The notes beneath the pieces are model-generated. The model searched no databases. It was not told where the DNA came from and worked only from the letters and a program-made list of their open reading frames with translations. A program made the position numbers and the translations under genes. Source: Bdellovibrionales bacterium GWA1_52_35 (GTDB lineage Bacteria; Bdellovibrionota; UBA1018). From it: a stretch of DNA of 64,000 nucleotides. Shown here in pieces: positions 17,955 through 29,179 of the stretch (the stretch's first letter is position 1; each line of letters opens with the position of its first letter). The stretch spans positions 64,836-128,835 of the forward strand of contig MEPO01000021.1 of assembly GCA_001769805.1 (NCBI GenBank), in the 5' to 3' direction.

Positions 17955-18762
17955 TGTCGGCCCCATCCCGATTCACACTTATGGATTTCTGATCGCGATT
18001 GGCTTTCTTTTGGGCATGTACACGATCAAACGTCTTGCCATCGCCGCGAAAATGGATGCGGAGCGTATCCTCGACTTCAGCTTCTGGTCAATCCTGGTGG
18101 GATTCCTGGGGGCACGCCTCCTTTTTATTCTCACCCGTTTTGGCGATTTTTCGGCTGATCCCCTGGCAATGTTCAAAGTGTGGGAGGGTGGGCTGGTTTT
18201 TTTCGGAGGCCCCATGGCGGTGCTTCCTTTCTCAATCTGGTATTTCAAAAAACATAGTATTCCCTGGTGGAAGGGTGCCGATGTCACGATGCCGGGACTT
18301 GTTATTGCCCACGTTCTCGGCCGCTTTGGATGCCTGGCTGCCGGTTGCTGTTATGGCAAGCCGACCGGGACTGATTTCGGGGTGAGACTCACCTCCAGTC
18401 TGGTTGACTTCAATTTGAGGGGAATTCCACTTCATCCTACGCAGCTCTATGAAGCCTCCGCTCTTTTCATTCTTTTTCTGGGATTGCTTTGGGTGTTCAA
18501 GAGGCGCTCTTTCGATGGCCAGGTTGCTTTGACTTATTATGTCGCATACCCGATCATCCGCAGCATTGTTGAAATTTTCCGTGGCGACCTCGTACGGGGT
18601 TTTGTCATTGAGGACTGGCTCTCCACAAGCCAATTTATTTCGCTCATCGCTTTTATCGCAGCAGCCACGGCCTTGGTTTTGCGTTTAAAGGCCGTTCCCG
18701 CGGCGCCTTTACTGGCGGAACAGGGGCCCAGACGGCGGAATGGAAAGCGCGGCCGTGTCTAG
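17935..18762 (+). CDS. lgt: Prolipoprotein diacylglyceryl transferase
   Basis: YG, GARL, WEGGLVFFGG, GRFGC, HPTQLYE, RSIVEIFRGD. Confidence 0.93.
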   Translation: MHPLLANVGPIPIHTYGFLIAIGFLLGMYTIKRLAIAAKMDAERILDFSFWSILVGFLGARLLFILTRFGDFSADPLAMFKVWEGGLVFFGGPMAVLPFSIWYFKKHSIPWWKGADVTMPGLVIAHVLGRFGCLAAGCCYGKPTGTDFGVRLTSSLVDFNLRGIPLHPTQLYEASALFILFLGLLWVFKRRSFDGQVALTYYVAYPIIRSIVEIFRGDLVRGFVIEDWLSTSQFISLIAFIAAATALVLRLKAVPAAPLLAEQGPRRRNGKRGRV

Positions 18763-19633
18763 ATTCGGCCTCGCCGGAATTCTTCTGCTCCTCCCGCTTT
18801 GCTCCTTCGCCCGCGACATCACTGATTCCATAGGTGAACAGGTCAGGATCAACGACCAGCCCCAACGCGTCGTGGCCTTGATTCCGTCTTTAGCCGAGCT
18901 GACAGCGGACCTTCTCGATCACTCGCTCGAAAAAATTGTTGGCGTGAGTGAATTCAGCGATTATCCACCTGCTTTGAAAAAATTCGCTTCAGTCGGACCT
19001 TATAACCGGGTCAGCATCGAGAAAATTGTCTCGCTCCGCCCCGACCTGGTTCTGGCCAGCTTCAACGGGAACGCCAAAGAACAGGTCGCACACCTTCGTG
19101 AACTGAAGATCCCCGTCGTGGTAGTCAAGACTGACACTTTTGATGAGGTGGAAGAATCAATGCGCCTAATCGGTGCCGCGTTGGGGCGAAAAGAACAGGG
19201 CGCGGCGATGGCACAGGCATTTCGCACGGGGATCTCGAAAATTAAAGCACGCGGAAAAACCCGGACCAGTGTTCCGAAAGTCATGCTTCAGGTGGGTGAT
19301 TCCCCTTTGGTTGTTGCCGGCGGCGAAAATATCCTGAATGAGTGTCTGGGTGCGGTTGGCGCAGAGAACATCTATTCCGATTCGCGCTTGTCCTATCCCA
19401 GACCCTCGGTTGAAGACGTACTTCACCGCCGCCCCGATGCAATTTTGGTCCTCCAGCTTTCGGATTCGGCCAGCTCCCGCGCAAGCGCAGCCCGTTGGGA
19501 TGAGTTCAAAAAAATTCCAGCCGTTGCCAACAGCAAGGTGGCTATCATCGCTGATCAGGGACTCCTTCGCCCGACCTTGAGAATGATTGAAGGGCTACTC
19601 CTTCTTGAGAAACGGATCTGGGGGGAACAATGA
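18740..19633 (+). CDS. BtuF-like cobalamin/iron-chelate periplasmic binding protein
   Basis: PQRVVALIPSLAE, VGVSEFSDYP, EKIVSLRPDLV, RPT motif. Confidence 0.8.
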   Translation: MESAAVSRFGLAGILLLLPLCSFARDITDSIGEQVRINDQPQRVVALIPSLAELTADLLDHSLEKIVGVSEFSDYPPALKKFASVGPYNRVSIEKIVSLRPDLVLASFNGNAKEQVAHLRELKIPVVVVKTDTFDEVEESMRLIGAALGRKEQGAAMAQAFRTGISKIKARGKTRTSVPKVMLQVGDSPLVVAGGENILNECLGAVGAENIYSDSRLSYPRPSVEDVLHRRPDAILVLQLSDSASSRASAARWDEFKKIPAVANSKVAIIADQGLLRPTLRMIEGLLLLEKRIWGEQ

Positions 19634-20574
19634 ACGCGCGGCTCTGGCGACTCTACTTCCTAGGGCTGTGCACCTGGATTATCGCTTTCGTGTTTGCCTT
19701 GAATTTCGGAATACCGGCGGATTCTCCACGAGACCTGATCTCGCAGCTCAGATTTCCCCGCGCTTTGTTAGCTTCTGCCGTCGGGATTGGGCTCTCGGTG
19801 GCAGGTGCTGTTCTGCAAGCCCTGTTCTCCAACCCTCTTTGCGAGCCTTATACCCTGGGAATCTCTTCGGGCGCTGCCCTCGGCGCCGTCCTTGCTGCCG
19901 CACTTGGAATCAATTTTATATTTTTTGGAATTACGGGCAGTGCTTTTGTGGGAGCACTTTTGTTCGGAGTTATTCTTTATTTCATCTCCCGGCACCGGGA
20001 CACGAATAACCTCGGTCTGCTGATGGCTGGCGTCATGCTCGGATTTCTCGGATCCAGTCTGGTCGCGCTCTGGATGGCTCTGGCCGATCCTAATGGAATC
20101 CAAAGTGCACTTTTCTGGCTGCTGGGCGATCTTTCCCGCGCACGCCCGAGGGGCGCGTTTTTTTCATTATTTGCAGTACTGAGTCTGACCCTCGCAGCCT
20201 GGGGAAGCTGGCGGAAGCTCGACGGGCTTCTCATGGGCGAGCAGGATGCACTGACTCTGGGGATTCCCGTCCCCCGCGTTCGGACCAAGATGTTGATTCT
20301 GGTTTCGCTGCTGATTGCCGTTTGCGTCAGTGCCGCCGGCATGATCGGCTTCATTGGTCTCGTGATTCCCCATTTTGCACGGCGAGCCGTGGGCTCTCTT
20401 CATCAGAAACTGATCCCGCTTTGCGCAATCTGGGGAGCAGCATTTCTGACTTTCAGCGATGCACTCAGTCGGTCTCTTTTCCGGCCCTATGAGTTACCGG
20501 TCGGCGTTTTGACTGCTTTGCTTGGAGCGCCCCTGTTTCTGTTGGTGATGTTTAAAAGACAGGGGGTAAAATGA
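19630..20574 (+). CDS. FecCD/BtuC-type ABC permease
   Basis: LRFPR, NPLCEPYTLGISSGA, IGFIGLVIPH, ELPVG. Confidence 0.9.
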   Translation: MNARLWRLYFLGLCTWIIAFVFALNFGIPADSPRDLISQLRFPRALLASAVGIGLSVAGAVLQALFSNPLCEPYTLGISSGAALGAVLAAALGINFIFFGITGSAFVGALLFGVILYFISRHRDTNNLGLLMAGVMLGFLGSSLVALWMALADPNGIQSALFWLLGDLSRARPRGAFFSLFAVLSLTLAAWGSWRKLDGLLMGEQDALTLGIPVPRVRTKMLILVSLLIAVCVSAAGMIGFIGLVIPHFARRAVGSLHQKLIPLCAIWGAAFLTFSDALSRSLFRPYELPVGVLTALLGAPLFLLVMFKRQGVK

Positions 20575-21377
20575 CCGAGAAATCCCTTTTTGGCGTCTAC
20601 GGCATGTCCTACAGCTACGGCTCCGAGCTGGTACTGAATGAAGTCTCGTTCGAAATTGAAGCCGGCGAGATTCTTTCTCTATTGGGTCCCAACGGATCAG
20701 GAAAATCCACCCTGCTCAAAGCCGCCGCAGGCGTGCTCCGGCTGGACAGAAAGCAATGCTCCGGCATTATCCGGTATCGTGGGCATGATTTTTTGAAAAT
20801 GGACCACAAACTCCGTGCAAGGAGCGTGGCCTACGTTCCCCCAGCCATTCGCGCCGAGTTTCCGCTGACTGCCTTCGAAACTGTTTTGATGGGACGCAGC
20901 TGCCAGGCTACCACGATGCGCTCTCCTCATTATGAAAAAGACCGGGACGCGGTTCGTGAAGCGATGGAACTCTGTCTGTGCTGGAGCTGGCGCGATCAGG
21001 ACCTCCACACTCTCAGCGGAGGAGAGCGTCAGCTGGTGGCACTCGCCCGCGGAATCGCCCAGCAAGCGAAAGTATTTTTACTGGACGAGGCCCTGTCCAA
21101 TATGGATTTGAATCACCAGGCCGCCATGGGTCGGGTCTTGAAAACGCTTGCAGGCAAGGGCTGCGCGATTATGCTTGTTTCCCATGACGTGAATCTCGCA
21201 ACGGAATGGGCGCAAACTTGCCTGCTTCTGAATAAAGGGAAGCGCCTCGCTTATGGAAAAATTCGCGAAGTTTTCACGGAAGAAAACATCCGAAAGCTCT
21301 ATCCAGAGTCGAGTCTGGTTGTGGCTCCCAGTCCGACTACCGGGGTTCCGAAAATATTTTTTGGAAACCAGGGCTGA
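20571..21377 (+). CDS. ABC ATP-binding protein (BtuD/FhuC-like)
   Basis: GPNGSGKST, LSGGERQ, LLDE, SHDVNLA. Confidence 0.9.
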   Translation: MTEKSLFGVYGMSYSYGSELVLNEVSFEIEAGEILSLLGPNGSGKSTLLKAAAGVLRLDRKQCSGIIRYRGHDFLKMDHKLRARSVAYVPPAIRAEFPLTAFETVLMGRSCQATTMRSPHYEKDRDAVREAMELCLCWSWRDQDLHTLSGGERQLVALARGIAQQAKVFLLDEALSNMDLNHQAAMGRVLKTLAGKGCAIMLVSHDVNLATEWAQTCLLLNKGKRLAYGKIREVFTEENIRKLYPESSLVVAPSPTTGVPKIFFGNQG

Positions 21378-21389
21378 TTCTCGAGACGG

Positions 21390-22256
21390 CTAAAAGTACA
21401 TCGTCATTCCGAAGACCTGCGACGTTGCAGGAATCGGGGCAATTACCCTCGAAATTGCAAAATCCATCGAAAGCCTGGGGGCGATCCATCCAAACCCAGC
21501 TCCGTAACCGCGTCCCAGTATCTGCTGGAAGGGGGCCTTGGAATTTCTGAAAGCCCCAAGCCTCAGGAACAAATCGGACATGATCGTAAACTCCAGGCCC
21601 GCTTCCTGCCCGTAGATCCCGGTTCCGGAAGCGTCACCCGTGAAATGAGGATCAAAGTAAATCATCGCGATGCTCTGAAGATTGAGCTTTGTACCCAAAA
21701 TATATTCTCGGTATAAACCGCGTTCCTTGCCCGCGGCCGATTGGAGCAGATTATCAATAATGAAAACCGCCTGAAAAGCCCCACTGATGATTCCGGTCGT
21801 TGAAAACGTGAGATCCTGAATTCGATCGTTGGAGTTGTTGGGGAGGATGAATTTTGCGCCCAACCCGAACCCCAATTGCTTAATCGCTGTTTTAGAAGCG
21901 CCCACATGAACCATCCGGGAGTCTTCCTGCCTGGTGAATCCCATTCCGGCCTGAAACACCTCGGTTCGACCATCTTGGATCGAAACATTCTGATAATGGC
22001 CGTGATAAAAACTGGATCCATCCGGCTCGGTCGCGGGTCCCTTGAATCGCAAATAATTCAGAGAGATGCTGTAAGTCTGCAAAAATGAGGCGTAGGACGG
22101 ATTCAGATAAATTGAATCATTCAACATCGGACCGGCATGCCCCGCCCCCCCCAAAGCTGCCGTTCGCGGCGATTGAAAGTCAGAGGCACTCGCAAATGAA
22201 CCGGTCAAAAGAGCCAATAAAGCAGCACCTGTGATCGAGCTATTATTCACCTTCAC
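21390..22256 (-). CDS. Putative outer-membrane beta-barrel protein
   Basis: Signal peptide; RTAALGGA and YLNP motifs like FadL/PorV-type N-termini; amphipathic strands; ends in YF. Confidence 0.6.
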   Translation of the reverse strand: MKVNNSSITGAALLALLTGSFASASDFQSPRTAALGGAGHAGPMLNDSIYLNPSYASFLQTYSISLNYLRFKGPATEPDGSSFYHGHYQNVSIQDGRTEVFQAGMGFTRQEDSRMVHVGASKTAIKQLGFGLGAKFILPNNSNDRIQDLTFSTTGIISGAFQAVFIIDNLLQSAAGKERGLYREYILGTKLNLQSIAMIYFDPHFTGDASGTGIYGQEAGLEFTIMSDLFLRLGAFRNSKAPFQQILGRGYGAGFGWIAPRLSMDFAISRVIAPIPATSQVFGMTMYF

Positions 22257-22350
22257 TCACATTCTTGATTCGTGGCGCACCGGCCGCAGTTGCATAGCGT
22301 CATTTTTTTCTTTACTAAAATATTAGAAGTAGCTTAGTCTTGCTCTGACC

Positions 22351-22725
22351 ATGACTATAAGCAAGGAAAAGCTGGAAATCTTCAGAAAACAACTGCTTGC
22401 CCGCCGTGATGCTCTCCGCAAGGAATTGAGCATCAAGACTGCACAGCTCCTGGACGACGAAGATACATTTGCCGACGCTGTGGACCAGGCCTCGGCAGAA
22501 ACGGACAAAGCAATCTCCGTAAGCATGAAAAATCGTGACGAGGGGCTCCTCACTCAGCTCGACGAGGCCTTGCGCCGGATTGATGCGGGCGCTTTTGGAA
22601 GCTGCCGGGAATGTGGTGAGTCAATTTCCGAGGGACGGCTGCAAGCATTTCCCATGACCACTCTTTGCATCGATTGCAAGGCTGAGTTAGAGTCCGAAAA
22701 GCAACGCTTTCCGGGCCGAAGCTGA
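22351..22725 (+). CDS. dksA: DksA/TraR C4 zinc-finger transcription factor
   Basis: DAVDQAS coiled-coil tip; CRECG...RL...LCIDC. Confidence 0.85.
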   Translation: MTISKEKLEIFRKQLLARRDALRKELSIKTAQLLDDEDTFADAVDQASAETDKAISVSMKNRDEGLLTQLDEALRRIDAGAFGSCRECGESISEGRLQAFPMTTLCIDCKAELESEKQRFPGRS

Positions 22726-22758
22726 TTCAAACCCCCGGAAAGTTTCCAAGGGGGAATC

Positions 22759-23640
22759 ATGAGCAAACAAATTGTCAGAAAAGCCGTCATCCCGGCCGCC
22801 GGACTCGGTACCCGTTTTCTTCCTGCAACCAAAGCAATCCCAAAAGAAATGATTCCCATCGTTGATGTTCCGATGATCCAGCACATCGTCGAAGAGGCTG
22901 TCCGCTCGGGCATCACGGATATTGTTCTCATCACCGCGCGCAACAAGGAAGCCATCGAGAATCATTTTGATTTCAGTTACGAGCTTGAAGACACGCTTGA
23001 AAAAAAAGAAAAAAAGGATCTGCTCGAGATCTCCCGCTCAATCGGAAAAATGTGCAATTTGATCTCCGTGCGCCAGAAGATGCCACTGGGCTTGGGCCAC
23101 GCGGTTCTCTGTGCCGCACCTGTGATCGGGAATGAACCTTTTGCAGTTTTGTTGGGCGATGATCTGATTGATTCCAAAGTGCCTTGCACGCAGCAGCTCT
23201 GCGAGATTTACGCACGCGAAAACGCCTCCGTCGTAGGCGTTATGGAAGTGCCCGCTGCGGAGGTCTCCAAATATGGCATTGTCGGCGGAGACATGCTCCG
23301 TGCAGGACTCATGCACGTCAAAAGACTGGTTGAAAAACCGGCCATGGCCGACGCCCCCTCTCGTTATGCAATTCCAGGGCGCTACGTGCTTTCCCCCTCT
23401 ATCTTTGAATGTCTGCGCAACACCAAGCCGGGAAAAGGCGGGGAAATCCAGCTCACCGATGCGCTTCAGCTGCTGGCTGAACGCGAGAAGCTGCTGGCTT
23501 TTCAGTTTGAAGGCACCCGTTATGATACGGGAGATCGCCTGGGCTTCATAGATGCCACACTGGCCTTCGCACTTCGGAGGCCGGATCTGGCGGCCGGCGT
23601 CCGCGAAATCATGAAAAGGCATTTGGAGATCCGCGGATGA
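22759..23640 (+). CDS. galU: UTP--glucose-1-phosphate uridylyltransferase
   Basis: KAVIPAAGLGTRFLPATKAIPKEM, GLGHAV, VEKP, GEIQLTDA. Confidence 0.95.
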   Translation: MSKQIVRKAVIPAAGLGTRFLPATKAIPKEMIPIVDVPMIQHIVEEAVRSGITDIVLITARNKEAIENHFDFSYELEDTLEKKEKKDLLEISRSIGKMCNLISVRQKMPLGLGHAVLCAAPVIGNEPFAVLLGDDLIDSKVPCTQQLCEIYARENASVVGVMEVPAAEVSKYGIVGGDMLRAGLMHVKRLVEKPAMADAPSRYAIPGRYVLSPSIFECLRNTKPGKGGEIQLTDALQLLAEREKLLAFQFEGTRYDTGDRLGFIDATLAFALRRPDLAAGVREIMKRHLEIRG

Positions 23641-24434
23641 AGCTACTGGTATCGGGCTTTTTGACGCTCCTCCTTCCCGTTTCCGCTCAAGCCTATATTC
23701 CGCCTTCCGCCTATATTGTTAAAAATATTGCGGCAAAACATTCCATCCTGAAGTCCGGGACACGGGTCAAGATGGACGTGATATCGCTGAACCCGGATCA
23801 GGCGGAACTGCGCTTCAAAGCCGTTCTGGCTTTCGATGCAGGCTCTCGCACCTTGCGTGCCTGGGCAATGGACGCGGCAGACCGCAAGCTTTATCAGCTT
23901 GAGAGAAAAGCCCCGGATTTCACCCTGGCAGATGTACTTGCTTTCGAATCCCGCGCCGCCGAAATCGAACGTGTTCTTAAAAATTCAGGTGTTCCTGTCA
24001 AAACGGAAGAGGAACTTCTCGCTTTGCCTGACGAACCGCAGAGACTTCTTGCCGAATCACTTTCGCTGAAACGCTACCGGGGCACGCAGTGCTGGGTGAT
24101 TGGCAAAGAAGCCCAAGGCCATTCGACGCTTTGGATTGAGAAAGACAGTTTTTACCCTCTGAAGTTCGTTTTCGCCAAGGCTTCTGAGAACAAAATCGCC
24201 GAGCTGTTGTTTGATTCCTATCGGTTCCAGTATGGCTTCGGCTTTCCTTCGAGCACTACCGTGATAGACAATGAAGCCGCACCCCTTTTTCGGGAAGAAA
24301 CCCGGGGCCTTTATGTCGGGTCCGTTGCCGCTGATTTCAAGGGCACGATTCTTACCGGCTTCACCGAAGAGGGTGCTAAGGCCGGAGACTCCCTCAAGGG
24401 ACTGATTGAGCAGTATTTCAAATATCTACGATGA
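23637..24434 (+). CDS. Exported hypothetical protein (possibly LolA-like fold)
   Basis: Signal peptide ending AQA; [12 protein letters not shown] motif; translationally coupled at both ends. Confidence 0.6.
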   Translation: MKLLVSGFLTLLLPVSAQAYIPPSAYIVKNIAAKHSILKSGTRVKMDVISLNPDQAELRFKAVLAFDAGSRTLRAWAMDAADRKLYQLERKAPDFTLADVLAFESRAAEIERVLKNSGVPVKTEEELLALPDEPQRLLAESLSLKRYRGTQCWVIGKEAQGHSTLWIEKDSFYPLKFVFAKASENKIAELLFDSYRFQYGFGFPSSTTVIDNEAAPLFREETRGLYVGSVAADFKGTILTGFTEEGAKAGDSLKGLIEQYFKYLR

Positions 24435-26467
24435 GCCAAAGCAACTCCTCAAGTGGTCACATTCTGTCTGTCGCGGTACCGAGACCTCTGGAGGGGCTTT
24501 TCACCTACCGAGTTCCGGACGAGCTGCTCTCTTCGATTCAGGTTGGCGGCTGGGTTCGTGTTCCATTTGGCAGATCCGAAATACACGCCTTCATTGTGGA
24601 GCCACCCAAAAATATTTCCGAGCTGCAGGAGGGTCTTGATCCGAAGACACTCAAGAGCGTGATTGAAGTTGGCCATCAGGGGATGATTTTGACGCCGGAT
24701 GTCCTGGAACTCTGCCGCTGGGCTCACGATTATTATGCAGCCCCATTGGGAGAGGTTCTTCATTGTGCCGTTCCCCCAGCTGCTCTTGGCCTGAAGAATG
24801 CCAAAAAAGAAGTTCGGGAGCTCAAGTTCGTCCCGATTGAAATGAAGTCACATCCCTTGACGGACGATCAGAAAGCCGCAGTCCGGGAGCTTGAGACAAT
24901 CAAGACGAAGACGGGTTCCCGTATCGGAGTTCTTCACGGGGTCACCGGGAGTGGAAAAACGGAGGTTTATCTCGAAATCGCCCGAAACACGTTAGCGGAA
25001 GGAAAAGGCGTACTTCTCCTTGTCCCGGAAATCGCGTTGACTTCCCAGTTACACCAGAGATTGGAAGAGGGCCTCGGAGTTGCGGTGGGGCTCTGGCATT
25101 CGGCAGTTGCCGATGGCAAGAGAAGGGATTTGAGCGCTGCTTTGCGCAAACGATCTTTGAGGGTCGTCGTGGGAGCTCGCTCTGCTGTATTTGCGCCGAT
25201 TCCGGACCTGGGTCTGATCGTCATTGATGAAGAACACGACCCTACCTACAAACAGGAGGATCGCTTCAGGTATCACGCCCGGGATCTGGCAATTGTCCGG
25301 TCCAAGATCAGCGGAGCCCTTGTTGTCCTCGGCTCTGCAACTCCGAGTCTCGAAACGAGAGAGAGAGTTCGCGATGGGCGCTACCAGGAATCTCGCCTCG
25401 AAAAACGGATTGGGGCCGGCGGCCTCCCCACGATTGAAACCGTAAATCTCGCAGAAGAGGAACGCGTTGAAGGAATGCAAGCCGTGCTGGCCAAAAAAAC
25501 CCTGACTGCCATTCAAGAGACCATTGCTGCCGGCGAGCAAGTCATGGTCTTTTTGAATCGCCGCGGTTTTGCCGCTTTCCTGATTTGTCAGGACTGCGGC
25601 GATGTTCCCGGATGCCCGAATTGCTCCATTTCCCTGACCGTTCACAAAAAGCGGGTACAGCTCCGATGCCACGTCTGCGGCTATCACGCGACCATTCCTG
25701 ATTTCTGTCCCAAGTGCCAAGGGCTGAATCTCGAAGCTCTCGGAGCCGGCACGGAAAGTCTCGAAGCCGAGCTCCCGAAGCTTGTACCCGGAATGATTGC
25801 CCAGCGGTTGGACCGCGACCAGATCACCAGCACGAGCCGTCTTGAGGCCGTGCTGGAGGAGTTCCGCTCCGGCAAAACAAACGCACTTTTGGGTACCCAA
25901 ATGCTCGTCAAAGGTCATGATTTCCCGGGCGTTACACTCGTAGTTGTCATACTCGCGGACGGTCTTTTCCGCTGGCCGGATTTTCGCGGCCCCGAGCGGG
26001 CTTATCAGATATTGAGGCAGGTGGCCGGTAGGGCCGGTCGGCGTGAGCGCCCCGGAAGAGTCTTGATTCAGACGTTCGCCCCGGATCACCCCGTTTTGGG
26101 AGCAATCATGGGTACAATCTCCGAAGCGGACTTCTTGGGGTCTGAACGCCAGTTGCGGCTCGATCTGGGCTACCCTCCCTTTGGAAGACTCGCCCGCCTG
26201 CGATTTGAGACCGCAACCCAGGATGAATCCACATTTCGCGCGACCTCGATCCATCAGGCGCTGATGAAATTTTGCGATGCCAATACCCAGCTCCTCGGAC
26301 CCAGTGAGGCCTTTTTGGAGCGGGCGAAAGGAATTTACCGTTGGGATATCTTAGTCAAAGCAAAGGACATTCAAGGTCTGCGCAAAGCCGTCTTTGGAGC
26401 GCGGCAGGTCTGTTTTTCTAAAAAATGGAATTTTCTGATCGACGTTGACCCCTATGGAGTAGGATAA
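24431..26467 (+). CDS. priA: Primosomal protein N'
   Basis: [20 protein letters not shown], CxxC Zn clusters, [20 protein letters not shown]. Confidence 0.95.
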   Translation: MSQSNSSSGHILSVAVPRPLEGLFTYRVPDELLSSIQVGGWVRVPFGRSEIHAFIVEPPKNISELQEGLDPKTLKSVIEVGHQGMILTPDVLELCRWAHDYYAAPLGEVLHCAVPPAALGLKNAKKEVRELKFVPIEMKSHPLTDDQKAAVRELETIKTKTGSRIGVLHGVTGSGKTEVYLEIARNTLAEGKGVLLLVPEIALTSQLHQRLEEGLGVAVGLWHSAVADGKRRDLSAALRKRSLRVVVGARSAVFAPIPDLGLIVIDEEHDPTYKQEDRFRYHARDLAIVRSKISGALVVLGSATPSLETRERVRDGRYQESRLEKRIGAGGLPTIETVNLAEEERVEGMQAVLAKKTLTAIQETIAAGEQVMVFLNRRGFAAFLICQDCGDVPGCPNCSISLTVHKKRVQLRCHVCGYHATIPDFCPKCQGLNLEALGAGTESLEAELPKLVPGMIAQRLDRDQITSTSRLEAVLEEFRSGKTNALLGTQMLVKGHDFPGVTLVVVILADGLFRWPDFRGPERAYQILRQVAGRAGRRERPGRVLIQTFAPDHPVLGAIMGTISEADFLGSERQLRLDLGYPPFGRLARLRFETATQDESTFRATSIHQALMKFCDANTQLLGPSEAFLERAKGIYRWDILVKAKDIQGLRKAVFGARQVCFSKKWNFLIDVDPYGVG

Positions 26468-26481
26468 TCAACTCACTCCAA

Positions 26482-27312
26482 ATGGCGACCAAACCGACCC
26501 CCACCAAGACTCCGGCCGCTGGCCCGGGCTCTCCACAAAAAGAGCGCCGCGAAGATGACGTCATTACTCGCGCGCGTCGCAAGGTCCAAAGGGCTATCGA
26601 GGATGCCGAACGGGAACACCGGAACAAGCTGCTGCGTCGCAGGATTGAGCTCGCCACTGCCGGCGTTCATGCTTATGAGAACGGGAAATGGGCAGAAGCG
26701 GCCCGCGATTACCTCGGTTACTTGAATATCCTTGAAGACTGGAAGGGGGTGGCCCACGGCGGCCTTTCCCCGTCTCTTTTTGACGCTAAAAAAGACATTT
26801 ACGAAATGTTGCTGATTGCTGCTGTTTACTGGGATTTGTGCAAGCTTTTCGACAAGACCCAGACCAACGACAAGCAACGTGACTTCCGTATGTTTTTGGA
26901 GAAATTTGTTATTTTCTCGAAAGGCAGCCCCTTTCAGCCTTTGTCCGCTGAAACCCTTCGAAAATATATCGCGAAAAACAAATGCTCCCACAAAACGGAA
27001 TTCAAAAATGCCTATAAGCTGCTGGGTGGAGCAAAGTGCTTCATCGCGAGTTCGCTCATAGATGTGACAGAACCCGACACCCTGAACCGGCTCCGACGTT
27101 TCCGCGATAAAACGCTTGCACAGCATGGAGCAGGCCGGGCGTTCATTTCCTGGTATTATCGCTATGGACCGGGATTAGCCGACCGGGTTGACAGACTTCC
27201 CGATCCTATTCGCAGGACTCTTGGCAACGCCCTCGATAAAGTCGCTCTGCTCAGTGAAGGATGGTCCCTATCCGCTCCGGTCGAAAAACAAATTGGCTGT
27301 CGGAGAAACTGA
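26482..27312 (+). CDS. CFI-box-CTERM domain protein
   Basis: C-terminal KCFIAS...LRRFRDKTL...GRAFISWYYRYGP; helical N-terminus; no signal peptide. Confidence 0.75.
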   Translation: MATKPTPTKTPAAGPGSPQKERREDDVITRARRKVQRAIEDAEREHRNKLLRRRIELATAGVHAYENGKWAEAARDYLGYLNILEDWKGVAHGGLSPSLFDAKKDIYEMLLIAAVYWDLCKLFDKTQTNDKQRDFRMFLEKFVIFSKGSPFQPLSAETLRKYIAKNKCSHKTEFKNAYKLLGGAKCFIASSLIDVTEPDTLNRLRRFRDKTLAQHGAGRAFISWYYRYGPGLADRVDRLPDPIRRTLGNALDKVALLSEGWSLSAPVEKQIGCRRN

Positions 27313-28030
27313 CCCAAAGAGACAGCCAGATCACCATAGCCTTGCCCTTGACGTTATTGAACGGAACAAACCCCCAGAACCGGCTATCGTTTGAAAAATC
27401 CCGGTTATCGCCCATTACAAAAAGGCTCTCGGGTGGAACCGTTATCGGACCGAAACTCTCGTTCAAGAAGCTGTTTTTATCCAACATGATGAAGTGGTCA
27501 TCCGAATCGATATTTTCTTTAAAGAGGTCCAGATTGGTTGAGCTGTATTTTGGATCATCCAGAGATTTGAAAATTTTTGCTGCCGGCCCAGCCGCAGCCG
27601 GCTCCCGCGCCACGATTTTTTGATTGATGTACAGCTCTTTGTCCCTGATTTCCACGGAATCACCCGGGATGCCTATGACCCGTTTAATGTAATAGAGAGT
27701 CTGGGTATCGTCTTTGGGGAACCGGAAGACAATGACATCGCCACGTTTCGGGGGCTCGCGCTTGACTACATAGACGGGGGTATCAGCCAATAAATCTGAA
27801 AACGGAATTTTGAAACCGTAGGCAAACTTATTGACGAAAATATGGTCACCGATCAGCAGGGTCGGGATCATCGAACCCGAGGGGATTTTGAACGCCTCAA
27901 CGACGCTCGAGCGCACCATAAACACAATGAGAAGTGCGAGGCCGAGCGATAAAACGTTCTCAATAATCCATTTTCTGGTCGATTTAGGATTTTTATTGCT
28001 GGGTGTAATCTCTTGGGGTGTGTCGACCAT
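27251..28030 (-). CDS. lepB: Signal peptidase I
   Basis: IPSGSMIPTL, YIKRVIG, GDNRDFSNDSRFWG. ATG 28030 chosen as start. Confidence 0.93.
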   Translation of the reverse strand: MVDTPQEITPSNKNPKSTRKWIIENVLSLGLALLIVFMVRSSVVEAFKIPSGSMIPTLLIGDHIFVNKFAYGFKIPFSDLLADTPVYVVKREPPKRGDVIVFRFPKDDTQTLYYIKRVIGIPGDSVEIRDKELYINQKIVAREPAAAGPAAKIFKSLDDPKYSSTNLDLFKENIDSDDHFIMLDKNSFLNESFGPITVPPESLFVMGDNRDFSNDSRFWGFVPFNNVKGKAMVIWLSLWVSFSDSQFVFRPERIGTILH

Positions 28031-28099
28031 AAAAATTGCTGCTCCTGAGTTGATCCTACGATACCCCTGAACCAGGATAAATGCTAGACTGGCTTGGAG

Positions 28100-29173
28100 A
28101 TGAAAACCTTGGACCGATACATCGCCGGCGTGTTCATCAGGAACTTCCTGGTTGCACTCGGGTCGCTCGCGACGATTTTCCTGTTTCAGGCGATCATCGG
28201 TGAGACTCTGGACCAGCCGTATCCAGCTGAGCAGATCATTTATCATAATTTCCTCGACCTCCCGAGAATTCTTGTCCAAATGGCGCCTCCCGCCGTACTG
28301 CTCGCGACCGTTCTGTCCCTTGCTGGTCTGGCTCGGACAAATGAGTTGACGGCCATTTTTTCAATCGGCGTCAGTCTTCGACGTCTGGTTTTGCTTTTGA
28401 TCACACTCGTCTTCATGATCTCGTGCATGATTTTGGTCCTAGAGGACCGCATTCTCCCTCTCATGTATAAGAAAAGGACCAACTATCATTGGCACGTGAT
28501 GCGGAACCGGCCGGATTTCTTTCTCGACATCAAGCAGGACAAGATCTGGTACCGCTCCAAAAATCTGATTTATAACCTGCGGCTCTTCGATCAAAACACA
28601 AAAACTATCCATGGAATGGCTGTTTACTCGTTCGATGAAGATTTCAATCTTGTGGAAGTTGTGGAAGCCGAGCGAGCGGAATTCACCAAAACCGGCTGGA
28701 AACTCCGGACGGGTACTGTAACCGTATTTTCGCAGGAAGATCCTTTTCCTCTGACTCAGAAATTCAAAGAGAAGGAACTGGTCATCACCGAGACACCGAA
28801 GGACTTCCAGGAGATTGAAAAAGAGGTGGAAGGCCTGCGACTCAAGGAACTCTACCGGTATATCGAGAGGACGGGCCAAGCCGGCGCCGATACCAAAAGC
28901 TATCTTGTGAAATTTCACTCCAAGATCAGTCTGGCTTTCATTCCCATCGTGATGTGCTTTCTGGGAATTCCGTTTTCAATCAAAAGCAGACGTGAAGGAG
29001 GGATGGCAAAGGATCTCGGACTATGCCTGGCCGTCACATTTTTCTATTGGCTTTTCTATTCAATCGGTTTATCTCTGGGGACCAATGGTGCGCTGCCGCC
29101 GTGGCTCGCTGCATGGCTTCCGAGTTTAATCTTCGCAGCTGCAGCGGCAGCGCTCATTGCTCGCCGAACATAA
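28100..29173 (+). CDS. lptG: LPS export ABC permease LptG
   Basis: MKTLDRYI, NELTA..S.G.S, periplasmic jellyroll region, LPPWLAAWLP. Confidence 0.85.
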   Translation: MKTLDRYIAGVFIRNFLVALGSLATIFLFQAIIGETLDQPYPAEQIIYHNFLDLPRILVQMAPPAVLLATVLSLAGLARTNELTAIFSIGVSLRRLVLLLITLVFMISCMILVLEDRILPLMYKKRTNYHWHVMRNRPDFFLDIKQDKIWYRSKNLIYNLRLFDQNTKTIHGMAVYSFDEDFNLVEVVEAERAEFTKTGWKLRTGTVTVFSQEDPFPLTQKFKEKELVITETPKDFQEIEKEVEGLRLKELYRYIERTGQAGADTKSYLVKFHSKISLAFIPIVMCFLGIPFSIKSRREGGMAKDLGLCLAVTFFYWLFYSIGLSLGTNGALPPWLAAWLPSLIFAAAAAALIARRT

Positions 29174-29179
29174 ATTCGC

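Noticed and set aside
18600-18740. Cobalamin riboswitch before the btuF-like gene
   Set aside because: There is no intergenic space; the gene overlaps lgt.
25049-26254. 401-aa antisense ORF in priA (similar shadows in rnr, hutH, hutU, mreB)
   Set aside because: Entirely opposite confident genes, with no motifs or RBS.
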